The notes beneath the pieces are model-generated. The model was not told the DNA's origin. It saw only the letters and a list, made by a program, of their open reading frames with translations, and searched no databases. A DNA stretch of 53,719 nucleotides from Candidatus Levyibacteriota bacterium (lineage in GTDB: Bacteria > Patescibacteriota > Microgenomatia > Levybacterales > UBA12049), in contig JACPAR010000015.1 in the NCBI GenBank assembly GCA_016180725.1, positions 1-53,719 on the forward strand, in the 5' to 3' direction. Positions 1 through 9,277 of the stretch are shown one piece after another. Within the stretch, counting starts at the first letter, position 1; each line of letters starts with the position of its first letter. The position numbers were made by a program, and so were the translations under genes.

Positions 1-139
1 CCTGAAGATTTGCTCAAAAAAAAGATGGTGGTGAAATAGTAGGACGCTTTGAGGAATGTATTTATATTCCAAAGGAAGGCAATACAGTTATATTAGGTAG
101 TAAGAAACCAGTACCCTTAATAAGGTAGTACAAAACACG

Positions 140-239
140 TTGAAAGGGTCAAAAATGTGATACATAATACAATAATTATGCAGTCTGGAAACAGGCTGTT
201 ATCAACCACCCGTTGTAAAAGACGGGCTTTTTTGTGGTT
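140..239 (+). ncRNA. Candidate small structured RNA or leader (promoter + GNRA hairpin + terminator)
   Basis: TTGAAA(140-145)-N17-CATAAT(163-168); hairpin GCAGTCTG-GAAA-CAGGCTGT (180-199); CCCGTT-GTAAAA-GACGGG followed by a T-run (209-233). Confidence 0.35.
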
Positions 240-321
240 AAAATTATTACTTCACTATTACGATATTTTTATATCCTATTGACAATGGTTTGATTAAATG
301 TGCTAAAATGAAATTGAAGAT

Positions 322-486
322 ATGATTATGAAAAATAAACGAGTTGCTAAAAAATCGCAAAAAATAACTTACGAGGAGGGACTAAAAATTGTTAAAGCAA
401 TACAAAAAAAGATAGAAATACTAGAGAAAAAAATAAAATCTCCGAGCGCCACTTCTGCAAATGAACGTTTACTACGATTCCCTTAA
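322..486 (+). CDS. Small basic 54-aa protein, putative antitoxin (not in ORF track)
   Basis: ATG at 322, MIMKNKRVAKKSQKITYEEGLKIVKAIQKKIEILEKKIK...FP*, overlaps the start of the downstream PIN gene. Confidence 0.5.
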   Translation: MIMKNKRVAKKSQKITYEEGLKIVKAIQKKIEILEKKIKSPSATSANERLLRFP

Positions 487-1021
487 ACTTGGAACAATTA
501 AAAATAAGTATCTGGTTTTAGATACAAACGTCTTATCCTCTTGTTCCTCTGATGTAGAATATTACAAAGTATTCTTTGAAATATTTAAAGCTAATCCTAT
601 TTTAATTGATCCTATTGTAAAATTGGAATTTTTAAGAGGAGCCTACAAGGAACAAACTTACAAAGAAAAAAATAAATTTTTAACAATTGAAAAATTCTTT
701 CCAATGGCTGATCATCAAGATATTTATAAAAGGATGTATGACAACGCTTTCAATATAGCCCGCATATATAGTCATCATGGAAGAAGTGATGTTCCTCTAG
801 GAGATATTTTAATAACTGCCAGATTTGGAATTTATAAAGACGATAGATTATTCTTGACAGAAGACATGAATGATTTTTTAACACTTCTATTTGATAGAAT
901 TTCAATCATCACTTTTGAGAAAATTAGAAATAAAGATAAATCCGAATACTTAGAACATACTCAACTTTTAAGGTTTAATCACAAAAAATATGAAGATTGT
1001 TTAAAAAATTTACCTGAATAG
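461..1021 (+). CDS. PIN-domain protein (VapC-like ribonuclease)
   Basis: N-terminal LVLDTNVL, conserved E (VKLEFL), GDILI and LTEDxxDF acidic PIN motifs. Confidence 0.75.
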   Translation: MNVYYDSLKLGTIKNKYLVLDTNVLSSCSSDVEYYKVFFEIFKANPILIDPIVKLEFLRGAYKEQTYKEKNKFLTIEKFFPMADHQDIYKRMYDNAFNIARIYSHHGRSDVPLGDILITARFGIYKDDRLFLTEDMNDFLTLLFDRISIITFEKIRNKDKSEYLEHTQLLRFNHKKYEDCLKNLPE

Positions 1022-1022
1022 A

Positions 1023-1241
1023 ATGGCTATGATTTTTATCTACATAACAAATCCATTGTATCCCTGGAAAGGAGAAGTTGCTGATGAGACCGAATGTATT
1101 TTGATTACAAAAACTACAAAGGAAAATTACGAAAAAGTAAAAAATGAAGTTGAAGAAATTCACTCTTACACAATCCCCTACATCATCAAAATACCTGTTG
1201 AACCTAATTCTAAATACTCATAGTGGTTAAAAAGCGTCCTT
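1023..1241 (+). pseudogene. cutA: CutA divalent-cation tolerance protein, internally deleted with premature stop
   Basis: IFIYIT joined directly to YPWKGEV..E..LITKT; IHSYTIP; ends PNSKYS*WLKSV where CutA has Y..WL; central helix/ACVN segment missing. Confidence 0.7.
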
Positions 1242-1308
1242 TTTTCTTCTAAAATTCTTACAAATTTTTGCTTGATAACTAGTTTTAATCTTCTACACTT
1301 TTTAAGCA

Positions 1309-1746
1309 ATGAAAATTATTCTTATTTTTGTCTGGATATATGCCGCCATGATAGCGATGTCTTTTTGGGAATCTTATACCGAAGGAAGACATGCCTGGGA
1401 TAAAAGAAAACTTGGCTGGAAATTAAGAATAACCAAAAGATTTGTACTCCCAGCTTATCATTTTTATCTTTTTTTTGTTATGTGGCCTTTACTTTTAACT
1501 CTCCCTTTTGTAATTTATGGCTTTGACTTAAAAATGTTTGGGGTTGTAATGAGCGCTTATTTTTCCGGATTGGTAGTTGAGGATTTTTTCTGGTATGTTG
1601 TTAATCCTGTAGTAAAACTTTCTGAATTCAATTCAAAGTTTGCTAAATTTTATGCATGGATAAAACTTGGCGAACTCGAAGTTCCACTTCTTTATATAAT
1701 TGGCCTCTCTATGGCAATTACATCCTGGTATTTTATTTGGAGATGA
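1309..1746 (+). CDS. Hypothetical integral membrane protein
   Basis: About 4 hydrophobic segments, EDFFWYVVNP motif. Confidence 0.7.
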   Translation: MKIILIFVWIYAAMIAMSFWESYTEGRHAWDKRKLGWKLRITKRFVLPAYHFYLFFVMWPLLLTLPFVIYGFDLKMFGVVMSAYFSGLVVEDFFWYVVNPVVKLSEFNSKFAKFYAWIKLGELEVPLLYIIGLSMAITSWYFIWR

Positions 1747-2533
1747 CTGTTTTTTGTAGTCTCAAGGCAATTAAAATATAAAAACTATAAAAAAATATTT
1801 CAAGCAATGTTGGTTTAGCTGTATAGCCAAAAATAGTCCTAAGAAAACTACCAAATATACTATCGTTACTTAATATAAAAGATATATTTAAAACGGGATC
1901 GAAGAAAAAAACAGGTAAAAGCCCAACTTCCTGAAATTCATGCACTCCATGTGAAATAAGACCGGCTGCAAATAAAAGCAAAAATATTGATGAAGCAGTA
2001 AAAAATGCTGAAAGATTAATCTTTACTGCCCGCGCAAACAATAAGCATCCTAATATTAAAGCCAAAATTAAACCTAAAACCGCACCGATCAACTGATTTG
2101 TTGAGCCCGTCATGCCAACTGCCCTTAGATATAAAACTGTTTCTACACCTTCTCTTAAAACCGAAATAGCAACCATTGATGCTATGCCTAAACCATATCC
2201 TTTTTCTATATGTGGCGCTAGCTTTTGCTTGATTTTTTCACTTAAATTTTTTTGCTTATGTACCCAAATTATCATCCACGTTAGGAATAAAGTGGTAACA
2301 AACATAAGCGTCCCCTCAAATACCTGTTCTGTTTTTCCAGAAAAACCACCGAAAAAAAATTGTAAAAAGTAAGCAGTTATAACAGAAAGTAATACCCCAA
2401 CAAATGTTCCAAACCAAACAAATTTTTTAAGTTTCCAATTCGCTGATTGCTTAGAAAGAATGGCAAAAACAATACTAATCACTAAAATAGCTTCTATTGT
2501 TTCGCGGAAAGTGATTAAACTGGAAGTAAACAC
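1733..2533 (-). CDS. FTR1-family high-affinity iron permease
   Basis: Two RExxE motifs (FRETIE, LREGVE), HGVHEFQE; likely GTG start at 2533 (MFTSSLITFRE) behind TTGACA-N17-TACATT. Confidence 0.9.
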   Translation of the reverse strand: MFTSSLITFRETIEAILVISIVFAILSKQSANWKLKKFVWFGTFVGVLLSVITAYFLQFFFGGFSGKTEQVFEGTLMFVTTLFLTWMIIWVHKQKNLSEKIKQKLAPHIEKGYGLGIASMVAISVLREGVETVLYLRAVGMTGSTNQLIGAVLGLILALILGCLLFARAVKINLSAFFTASSIFLLLFAAGLISHGVHEFQEVGLLPVFFFDPVLNISFILSNDSIFGSFLRTIFGYTAKPTLLEIFFYSFYILIALRLQKTVISK

Positions 2534-2604
2534 AAATAATAATGTATACAACAAAACTAACACTGTCAAGATGTTAGTTTTGTTAAACAGTCAAAGCTTA
2601 AAAA

Positions 2605-2850
2605 TTAAGCAATGTTGCCTGAATTTGCTCCTCCCTGATTTACATCTCCTGCTGGATTAACTGGTGGTTCTTGAGCAGGAGGTACTTGTTCTGGCGTAGG
2701 GTTTACAACTGGTTCTGTTGGTTGTACAGGTTCGTTAACCGGAGGTACAACGGGCTCCGCTGGCTGAGATGGTTGTTGTACCGGCTGCTCGCCAACAGGG
2801 TTTACTGGGTTTGGCGTAACTGGCGTACTTTGATTTTGTTGATCATCCAT
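2605..2850 (-). CDS. Pro/Gln-rich low-complexity hypothetical protein
   Basis: 81-aa ORF with GGAGGTG RBS, start overlaps the dnaB stop; PV/QP repeats. Confidence 0.6.
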   Translation of the reverse strand: MDDQQNQSTPVTPNPVNPVGEQPVQQPSQPAEPVVPPVNEPVQPTEPVVNPTPEQVPPAQEPPVNPAGDVNQGGANSGNIA

Positions 2851-4181
2851 TATCTATCACCTCCCTCTTCTCTTTTTTTGTCCACATTATAAAATCTTAT
2901 CCTATCTCCCCTAAAAAGTAAATCTATTTCTCCGGTTGGACCGTTTCTATGTTTTGCAATTAATAATTTTACATTCATTGTAGGAGATAATTGGTCTTCC
3001 GGTCTGTATAAAAACATCACTACGTCTGCATCCTGCTCTATTGCGCCCGACTCTCTTAAGTCGGCAAGCTGTGGCTTCTTCTCTCCTCTGTGTTCAACCG
3101 CACGAGATAACTGGGATACAGCTACAACCGGAATTTTTAATTCTCTGGCTAAATTTTTAAGGGCTTGTGAAACAATCGAAACCTCCTGAACTCTGCTATC
3201 ATATCTCCTCCCCGGATCGGCCAGTTGAAGATAATCAACCATAAGAAGTTTAATACCGTATTCCAACTGCAGACGCCTTGCTTTTGTACGCATTTCCGAA
3301 ACAGATATGCCAGGTGTATCGTCTATAAAAATCGGCGCGTCTGCAAGCTGACCCATTGCTTCTGATAATTTACTGAAATCATCCTCCGAGAGCTTACCTG
3401 TTTTTAATCTCCATGCGTCAACATCTGCCTGACCCACTAGTAGCCTGTCAACCAACTCTTCTTTACTCATTTCAAGTGAAAATATTCCAACCGGTAATTT
3501 TTCGATTACGCTTATATTTTGGGCAATATTTACAGCCATAGCCGTTTTTCCCTGACCCGGACGGGCTGCAAGAATAATAAGATTTGAATCCTGCATACCG
3601 GAAAGCAAAGAGTCGAGGTCAAAAAATCCGGTCTTTACCCCACGAAATCCAATTCCGGTTTTATGCAATTCATCTATTCTGTCAAAACTTTCTGCCAACG
3701 CTTCTTTGATTGGTGTAAAACCTCGTAAGATTTGCCCTTGAGAGATAGAAAAAATGGATGATTCAGCCTTATCTATAATTGACTTTATATCTTTATCATC
3801 AACAAATCCCATTTCTGCGATTTCTGTACCTGTTTTTATAAGCAATCTTTTTGTAGATGCCTCTTTAATTAAAAGAGCGTAATGCTCCACATTTGCAGCC
3901 GTTGGTACGGAGTTAACAATTTCTATTAAATAAGAAGAGCCGACTTTATCATAAACTTTTTTCTTTTTAAGCTGAGTTGTTAAAGTTAAAACATCTATTG
4001 GTTTTCTGTCTTCGTATAAAAAAAGCATGGCCTCAAAAATTATTCCGTTTGTGTCGTTGTAGAAATCTTTTGGGGTGATTATTTCAGACACAATATTAAT
4101 TGCGTCTTTATCAAGAAGAATTGCTCCTAAAACGCTTTTTTCTGCATCTTCGTTATGCGGCAGTATTTTTACGTTAGCCAT
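2850..4181 (-). CDS. dnaB: Replicative DNA helicase DnaB
   Basis: PHNEDAEKSVLG, ARPGQGKT Walker A, VDYLQL, DLRESGAIEQDAD, KHRNGPTG. Confidence 0.98.
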   Translation of the reverse strand: MANVKILPHNEDAEKSVLGAILLDKDAINIVSEIITPKDFYNDTNGIIFEAMLFLYEDRKPIDVLTLTTQLKKKKVYDKVGSSYLIEIVNSVPTAANVEHYALLIKEASTKRLLIKTGTEIAEMGFVDDKDIKSIIDKAESSIFSISQGQILRGFTPIKEALAESFDRIDELHKTGIGFRGVKTGFFDLDSLLSGMQDSNLIILAARPGQGKTAMAVNIAQNISVIEKLPVGIFSLEMSKEELVDRLLVGQADVDAWRLKTGKLSEDDFSKLSEAMGQLADAPIFIDDTPGISVSEMRTKARRLQLEYGIKLLMVDYLQLADPGRRYDSRVQEVSIVSQALKNLARELKIPVVAVSQLSRAVEHRGEKKPQLADLRESGAIEQDADVVMFLYRPEDQLSPTMNVKLLIAKHRNGPTGEIDLLFRGDRIRFYNVDKKREEGGDR

Positions 4182-4195
4182 AATTTAATTTTAAA

Positions 4196-4720
4196 CTATT
4201 TTAATACTACCGTTTCCATCTCTTCCGGTAATTTTTCAAATGTAACTGAATATTTAGAAACGGCGCTTGTCTGTTTTCCCAAAGCCTTTACTGCCTCCTC
4301 TGCACCATCACCGTAAAAGATAACAACATTCGGTTCAAGAGCTGCGATTGTTTCTTCATTTAATTTTCCTTCTACTTTAATTAATAAAACATTATGTTTG
4401 TCCAGCTTTTCTTTTGCAGCTTCGATTGCATCGGTCTTACCAAGTAAAATGCTTAATCCATCAATCAAAATACTATAAACTATATTTTGTGCATTTCTAA
4501 AAGCGGTAATTTTTGTTCCGGAAACTTCGTATTCACCCGGCCCTTTAATAGTTACCCTGCTTTCTTCAATTTTTGATAAGTCGTATTTTTCCTGCTCATT
4601 TAAAATAATCACCGCGTCTGCAGCTGTTTTAGACTTAAGCGCCACTGTTGGATCAACAACAAACGCAGAACGTTTTCCTTTTAACCTTAAACAACCTTGA
4701 GCAACAATATAAATATCCAT
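4196..4720 (-). CDS. Degenerate metallo-beta-lactamase-fold protein
   Basis: CLRLKGK..VVDP, KGPGEYEVSG typical of the short MBL-like family; no HxHxDH motif. Confidence 0.65.
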   Translation of the reverse strand: MDIYIVAQGCLRLKGKRSAFVVDPTVALKSKTAADAVIILNEQEKYDLSKIEESRVTIKGPGEYEVSGTKITAFRNAQNIVYSILIDGLSILLGKTDAIEAAKEKLDKHNVLLIKVEGKLNEETIAALEPNVVIFYGDGAEEAVKALGKQTSAVSKYSVTFEKLPEEMETVVLK

Positions 4721-4774
4721 CGCATTTAAAACAAAAGCTGAGCAGTTTATTCATCCTAGCACAGCTTTTTTTCC

Positions 4775-4803
4775 TTGACAAGAGGATCTTTTTAATTTAT
4801 TAT
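4775..4803 (+). promoter_or_regulatory. Sigma70-type promoter
   Basis: TTGACA-N17-TATTAT upstream of ORF 4856. Confidence 0.6.
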
Positions 4804-4855
4804 TAAGCACATCTTGAGCTACTCTTCTGCCCGGAATTTCCAGGTTTTATAATTT

Positions 4856-5281
4856 ATGAAAGCAGAAAAAATTGTAATTTCTTTTATTGCAGTCCTTATT
4901 GGCGTTCTTGTAGCAGGAGCTGCTTTTTATTTTTACCAAAGTACAAAAATCGTTTCGCCATCTCAAATTAAAACCGTTTCTATAAAATCTCCCACCCCAA
5001 CACCTTCTTCTTCTATTTTTCTGTCTGTTGAAAATCCTAAAAACGAAGACGTCGTGGACACAAAGACAATTACTGTTAACGGAAAAACAACATCGGATGC
5101 TGTAATTATTTTGTCAACAATCTCGGATGACCAGGTATTTACACCAACAAAAATCGGCAGTTTCTCAACCACAACAACTCTTAACGATGGTGCAAATCTT
5201 ATTACAATAACGGCAATTGCTCCAAACGGAGAAGAAGTAAAAATAACAAAAACTGTTACATATTCAACTGAAAGTTTTTAA
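4856..5281 (+). CDS. Membrane-anchored protein with Ig-like domain
   Basis: N-terminal TM, PTPTP linker, beta-rich C-terminus (LNDGANLITITA). Confidence 0.75.
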   Translation: MKAEKIVISFIAVLIGVLVAGAAFYFYQSTKIVSPSQIKTVSIKSPTPTPSSSIFLSVENPKNEDVVDTKTITVNGKTTSDAVIILSTISDDQVFTPTKIGSFSTTTTLNDGANLITITAIAPNGEEVKITKTVTYSTESF

Positions 5282-5284
5282 TTT

Positions 5285-6121
5285 ATGAAAACAAAATTTA
5301 GTTTTATTTTTCTATTTGCTATTTGCTTTTTTACCCTGAGCGTAGTCGAAGGGCTATTTGCTATGAATGCGATAGCATTATCTCCAACGCCAACAGATTC
5401 CGACGCCCCAACACCTACAAAGACTGAAGTAAAAAAGGATACGAACACCAGTGAGGTTATTAATGATCTAAAAGAACGTATCGCATCAAGAGTAGCACAA
5501 TTAAAATTAGTTAAAAGAAAAGGAATTCTGGGAACCGTTACCGATATATCCGGCACTCAAATTACTCTCTCTGATCCACAAAACAATACCCGCTTTATAG
5601 ATGTAGACGAGCTAACGAAATTTTCCTCCCCTTCTACGTCTGCAAAAGAATCTTTCGGACTTTCCGATATTACAAAAGGAACCAAACTTGGTATTCTTGG
5701 CATTTATAATAAACAATCAGAAAGAATTCTTGCCAGATTTGTTAATGTTATTTCTTTGCCAACAATAATTAACGCAGCTGTTACTTCTGTTAACAGCGAT
5801 GATTTTAGTTTTAAAATAGTTGAAGAAGAAGGAAAATCAAATAGCGTTGATGTTGAGAAAATAACAAAAACATTTTCCTACAGCAAGGAAACAGACCTTG
5901 TAAAATCAGGATTTTCAAAAATAAAAGAAGGTCAGCACGTTATGATTATTGGATTTCCGGATATAAAAGATAAGGCAAGAATTGTTGCCTCCAGAATTAT
6001 TATTTTTGCAAACATTCCTAAAAATCCAAGAATAATTATTCCCCAAGAAGCATTAGATCCTCAAGACACTACAACTCCATCGACCGGCAGCGGCAAAAAA
6101 CTTACACCAATTACTCGCTAA
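5285..6121 (+). CDS. Secreted hypothetical protein with repeated OB-like beta domains
   Basis: Signal peptide, two repeats of GTVT..S...I.L...D..TK...SDI..G. Confidence 0.7.
   Translation: MKTKFSFIFLFAICFFTLSVVEGLFAMNAIALSPTPTDSDAPTPTKTEVKKDTNTSEVINDLKERIASRVAQLKLVKRKGILGTVTDISGTQITLSDPQNNTRFIDVDELTKFSSPSTSAKESFGLSDITKGTKLGILGIYNKQSERILARFVNVISLPTIINAAVTSVNSDDFSFKIVEEEGKSNSVDVEKITKTFSYSKETDLVKSGFSKIKEGQHVMIIGFPDIKDKARIVASRIIIFANIPKNPRIIIPQEALDPQDTTTPSTGSGKKLTPITR
5334..5353. repeat. Short palindromic element (CCCTGAG..CGAAGGG family) inside a signal peptide
   Basis: CCCTGAGCGTAGTCGAAGGG encodes TLSVVEG; reverse complement matches copies at 14117 and 37518. Confidence 0.7.
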
Positions 6122-6124
6122 AAA

Positions 6125-6859
6125 ATGCTTGAACAAATCGCAGAAAGAATAGGAAGAGTTATAAAACCACATTTTTATACACGTGTTGAAAATAGTATTA
6201 ACGCTTATAATCTTTATGTTTATAACATAGAAAACTTAGAACTTTTAAAAGGAAACCCGTGTGTTTTTGTTGCAAACCACATAAAGCCTGAAGGTGATAA
6301 AAATGTTTACCGTTCCTCAGGTTTAAGTCCCGATTCGTTTTTATTAAGAAGAGTAATTCTTAATACACTTGGTCAAGACGTGCATTTTGTTGCTCAATAC
6401 GATCCTAATGATCTTGGGACATTAAGAGATAAAATTCCAGGCGCACGCAGCGTACTTAAAAGATTTCATAAAGGCATGCTTCGGGGATTCGATGTTATTC
6501 CTGTGTCAAAAAGAACCGGTGCTGTAAATGTTGATTTTTTCAGAGACGCAAAAACAGCCGTTGCAAGAAAAGAATCGATATTCATTTACCCCTTTGAAGA
6601 TTGGATGGATGACTTTAATCCCGAACAAAAAATTGAGTCCGGAGCAGCTTACCTTGCGCAAAAGTTAGATGTCCCAATCTTTCCTATTTATGTCTTTGGT
6701 TGTAAAACATGGAACCCAAAGCCAAACCAAGAAACAACAATCGTATTTGGTAAACCATTCTCCGCAAAAGGGATAACGATTGAGCAAACAAATAGTAAAA
6801 TAAGAGAAGAACTAACAGCTTTACAAAATTTAGTAAGAGCTAAAAACCATGAACAATAG
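6125..6859 (+). CDS. Lysophospholipid acyltransferase family (PlsC-like), divergent
   Basis: VFVANH motif, IPVSKR, IFIYPFE, SGAAYLAQKLDVPIFPIYV, IVFGKP. Confidence 0.75.
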   Translation: MLEQIAERIGRVIKPHFYTRVENSINAYNLYVYNIENLELLKGNPCVFVANHIKPEGDKNVYRSSGLSPDSFLLRRVILNTLGQDVHFVAQYDPNDLGTLRDKIPGARSVLKRFHKGMLRGFDVIPVSKRTGAVNVDFFRDAKTAVARKESIFIYPFEDWMDDFNPEQKIESGAAYLAQKLDVPIFPIYVFGCKTWNPKPNQETTIVFGKPFSAKGITIEQTNSKIREELTALQNLVRAKNHEQ

Positions 6860-8051
6860 GCTTAACCAAACAAAAAATTTATTAACAAAAAATTCCCTGG
6901 ATGCAATTCTTGTCTCCTCTATTCCAAATATTACTTATCTCACAGGCTTTTCTAATTTTTCCAAAGACGAACGGGAAGCATTTGTTGTTATCGTGGCTCA
7001 ACCCCTGGCTCAACCCCAGGGGTTGACGCACAAAACCCCTGGGGTTACAGGGTATATTATTACCGATGGAAGGTATTCCGAAGCAGTACAGATTTCTGTC
7101 CCCCACTTTGAGCTTATCGAACGAAATGTCAATAATACTTTAAAACAGATCTTTTCATCTCTTTTAAAAAAACATCGCATAAAAACAGTTGGCATAGAAG
7201 AAAATAACATCTGTGTTGCAGAATACAAAGCATTCAAAAAACTTTTTCCCAGAATAAAACCGTTCGATATATCGTTGTTACGAACAATAAAGTCAAACGA
7301 TGAAATTAAAGCAATCGAAAAAGCTTGCGAGATTGGAGACAAAGCATTTGAGTACATATTGGAGCAGCTTAATGAAGATTTAACCGAAAAGGATGTAGCA
7401 TTCCTACTTGAACATTTTATTAAAAAACAAGGCGCTGACCTTTCGTTTCCAACAATAGTCGCCTTTGGTAAAAATTCTTCCATCCCCCACCACCAAACAA
7501 GTAATCAGCGCCTAGCGTCCAGCGGTCAGTTTGTGTTAATTGATTTTGGAGTAAAATTGAATAATTATTGCTCCGACATGACCCGCACGGTATTCTTTGG
7601 TAAAGCAACTGATGAACAAAAAAAGATGTACCAAACTGTGTTAGAAGCACAACAGAAAGCCATCGACTTTCTTACTCAACGTCATTCTGAGCGAAGCGAA
7701 GAATCCCCAAGGGCTTCTTTAAAGCGGAGTGGATCCTTCGGCCTGCGGCCTCAGGATGACGGTCGGATGAAAGCAAGTGACATTGACAAAGTTGCACGTG
7801 ATTACATTGTTAATAAAGGTTATCCAACCATTCCCCACTCCCTCGGCCATGGCATTGGCCTTGAAGTTCATGAAGCTCCACGGCTTTCCCCAAACTCCAG
7901 TGATGAACTTAGAGAAGGCATGGTGTTCTCGATAGAACCTGGAATTTATTTACCGGGCTTTGGAGGCGTGAGAATCGAAGATCTTATCGTTCTTGAAAAA
8001 TCCGGCCATAGATCTCTAACAAAATCCCCAAGAGGCATGATTATAATTTAA
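6849..8051 (+). CDS. Xaa-Pro aminopeptidase/dipeptidase (M24B)
   Basis: DGRY, IDFG..YCSDMTRT, HSLGHGIGLEVHE, IEPGIY, GVRIED; carries two palindromic inserts. Confidence 0.95.
   Translation: MNNRLNQTKNLLTKNSLDAILVSSIPNITYLTGFSNFSKDEREAFVVIVAQPLAQPQGLTHKTPGVTGYIITDGRYSEAVQISVPHFELIERNVNNTLKQIFSSLLKKHRIKTVGIEENNICVAEYKAFKKLFPRIKPFDISLLRTIKSNDEIKAIEKACEIGDKAFEYILEQLNEDLTEKDVAFLLEHFIKKQGADLSFPTIVAFGKNSSIPHHQTSNQRLASSGQFVLIDFGVKLNNYCSDMTRTVFFGKATDEQKKMYQTVLEAQQKAIDFLTQRHSERSEESPRASLKRSGSFGLRPQDDGRMKASDIDKVARDYIVNKGYPTIPHSLGHGIGLEVHEAPRLSPNSSDELREGMVFSIEPGIYLPGFGGVRIEDLIVLEKSGHRSLTKSPRGMIII
6993..7047. repeat. Intragenic palindromic element (CAACCCC/GGGGTTG family)
   Basis: TCAACCCC-A-GGGGTTGA plus AACCCCTGGGGTT; related GGCTCAACCCCAGGG at 52590. 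Confidence 0.7.
7680..7761. repeat. Intragenic REP-like palindrome (GTCATT..GAGCGAAGCGAA..ATGAC family)
   Basis: CGTCATTCTGAG...CTCAGGATGACG terminal inverted repeats; in-frame insert RHSERSEESPRASLKRSGSFGLRPQDDG. Confidence 0.85.
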
Positions 8052-8104
8052 AAGCTAAGCGATGTTTCGATAAGTTCATCTACTCTACCACTCTCAATGT
8101 ATTT

Positions 8105-9277
8105 TTACAACTCTTTCTCTGCAAGTCTTGCACCCTGCACAGTTGCTTGCAATTTTCTAAAAGCTACTTCCCATGCTCTAGTCCTAAGTCCGCAGTCAGG
8201 CGTTGGATTAACCAGACTTGAATCACCAAGTAATTTTGCCGAATAAAGAATACGGTCCCTTACAAGTTCCGGGCTTTCGAGAAAATTTGTATGAATATCG
8301 GTAACGCCAAGACCAATACGTGATGGAATCTTATATTTTTTAAACCAGGAAAGAATTTCGTATCCTGGACGGTTCCCCTCTTTAGTTCCTAATGTTTTTG
8401 AATCCCGATTAGATAACTCTAATGCATACTGGCTACAATTCTCCATTTTTTGGATATGGGGAAAAAGAAGCCGGTAATCAGAATAACAAATATGCACGCT
8501 AAACTGCCCTTTTAAACCCTTTACCGACTCATTAAACGACTCAACAAATAGCGGAACTTCTGATGGAATTGTTGTTGCAGCCGGTTCATCAATTTGTATC
8601 CAACCTGCACCATTTTCTATAAGCATTTTTATGTTTGGACGAATTAGAAACTTAGCAATATCTAAAACAAATTTACGCCGCGCTTTTTCCTTGTTTTGAA
8701 GCGCAACTTTACCACCTAGTCTTTGAGCTTTCTTTCCATAGTATTCATCAAAAGACCATGCAGCAATAGTATATGCTCCGGTAATTGGGATTTTTATTAC
8801 TCTGTCCGTATGCTTTTTTAAAAATGCTAATTCTTCTAAATGCCAGGGTTTTTTTAGTTTTGGCTTTCCAACGCATGCCGCTTTTTGATAATATTTATTA
8901 TCAAAAGACCTCACCAATCCTCTAAATACAAAGCCATAACAACGATTAACCGCGTATTGATACATCTCGCTCCGCTGCTGCTCCCCATCGTAAACAATAT
9001 CAAGCCCAGCCTTTTCCTGCATGCGGATTGCGTAAATAGATGCCCATTTTTTAATTTCATTCCTGTCACGGGTGCCAGGGTTTTTCTTTTGAAGAAGCAA
9101 TATTAATGGGTCATAGTCAATATCGAATCGCTTACCCCAAGAAACTGCATCCTTGATATCTTCATCTGTAATTTTTTTTCCTAGCGCAACCTTTACCCGC
9201 CATTCGGGTTTTGCAAGACTTCCTATTTCGTGCGTAAGTAAATGTATCATATTATTTTTGGAAATATGTTTTAACAT
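8105..9277 (-). CDS. metE: Cobalamin-independent methionine synthase, catalytic (C-terminal) barrel
   Basis: EIGSLAKP, DGEQQR, PITGAYT, IQIDEPA, Zn ligands HICY, E, PDCGLRT; start may be the Met at ~9250. Confidence 0.9.
   Translation of the reverse strand: MLKHISKNNMIHLLTHEIGSLAKPEWRVKVALGKKITDEDIKDAVSWGKRFDIDYDPLILLLQKKNPGTRDRNEIKKWASIYAIRMQEKAGLDIVYDGEQQRSEMYQYAVNRCYGFVFRGLVRSFDNKYYQKAACVGKPKLKKPWHLEELAFLKKHTDRVIKIPITGAYTIAAWSFDEYYGKKAQRLGGKVALQNKEKARRKFVLDIAKFLIRPNIKMLIENGAGWIQIDEPAATTIPSEVPLFVESFNESVKGLKGQFSVHICYSDYRLLFPHIQKMENCSQYALELSNRDSKTLGTKEGNRPGYEILSWFKKYKIPSRIGLGVTDIHTNFLESPELVRDRILYSAKLLGDSSLVNPTPDCGLRTRAWEVAFRKLQATVQGARLAEKEL

Noticed and set aside
1-128. Possible 3' end of a gene (..GEIVGRFEECIYIPKEGNTVILG..*)
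   Set aside because: Too short and cut by the window edge; frame at the A-run is uncertain
7500-7530. Short degenerate heptamer runs in the peptidase, in ychF (~26461-26484) and at 35326-35360
   Set aside because: May belong to the repeat-insertion phenomenon but are too short to distinguish from chance without ortholog alignments
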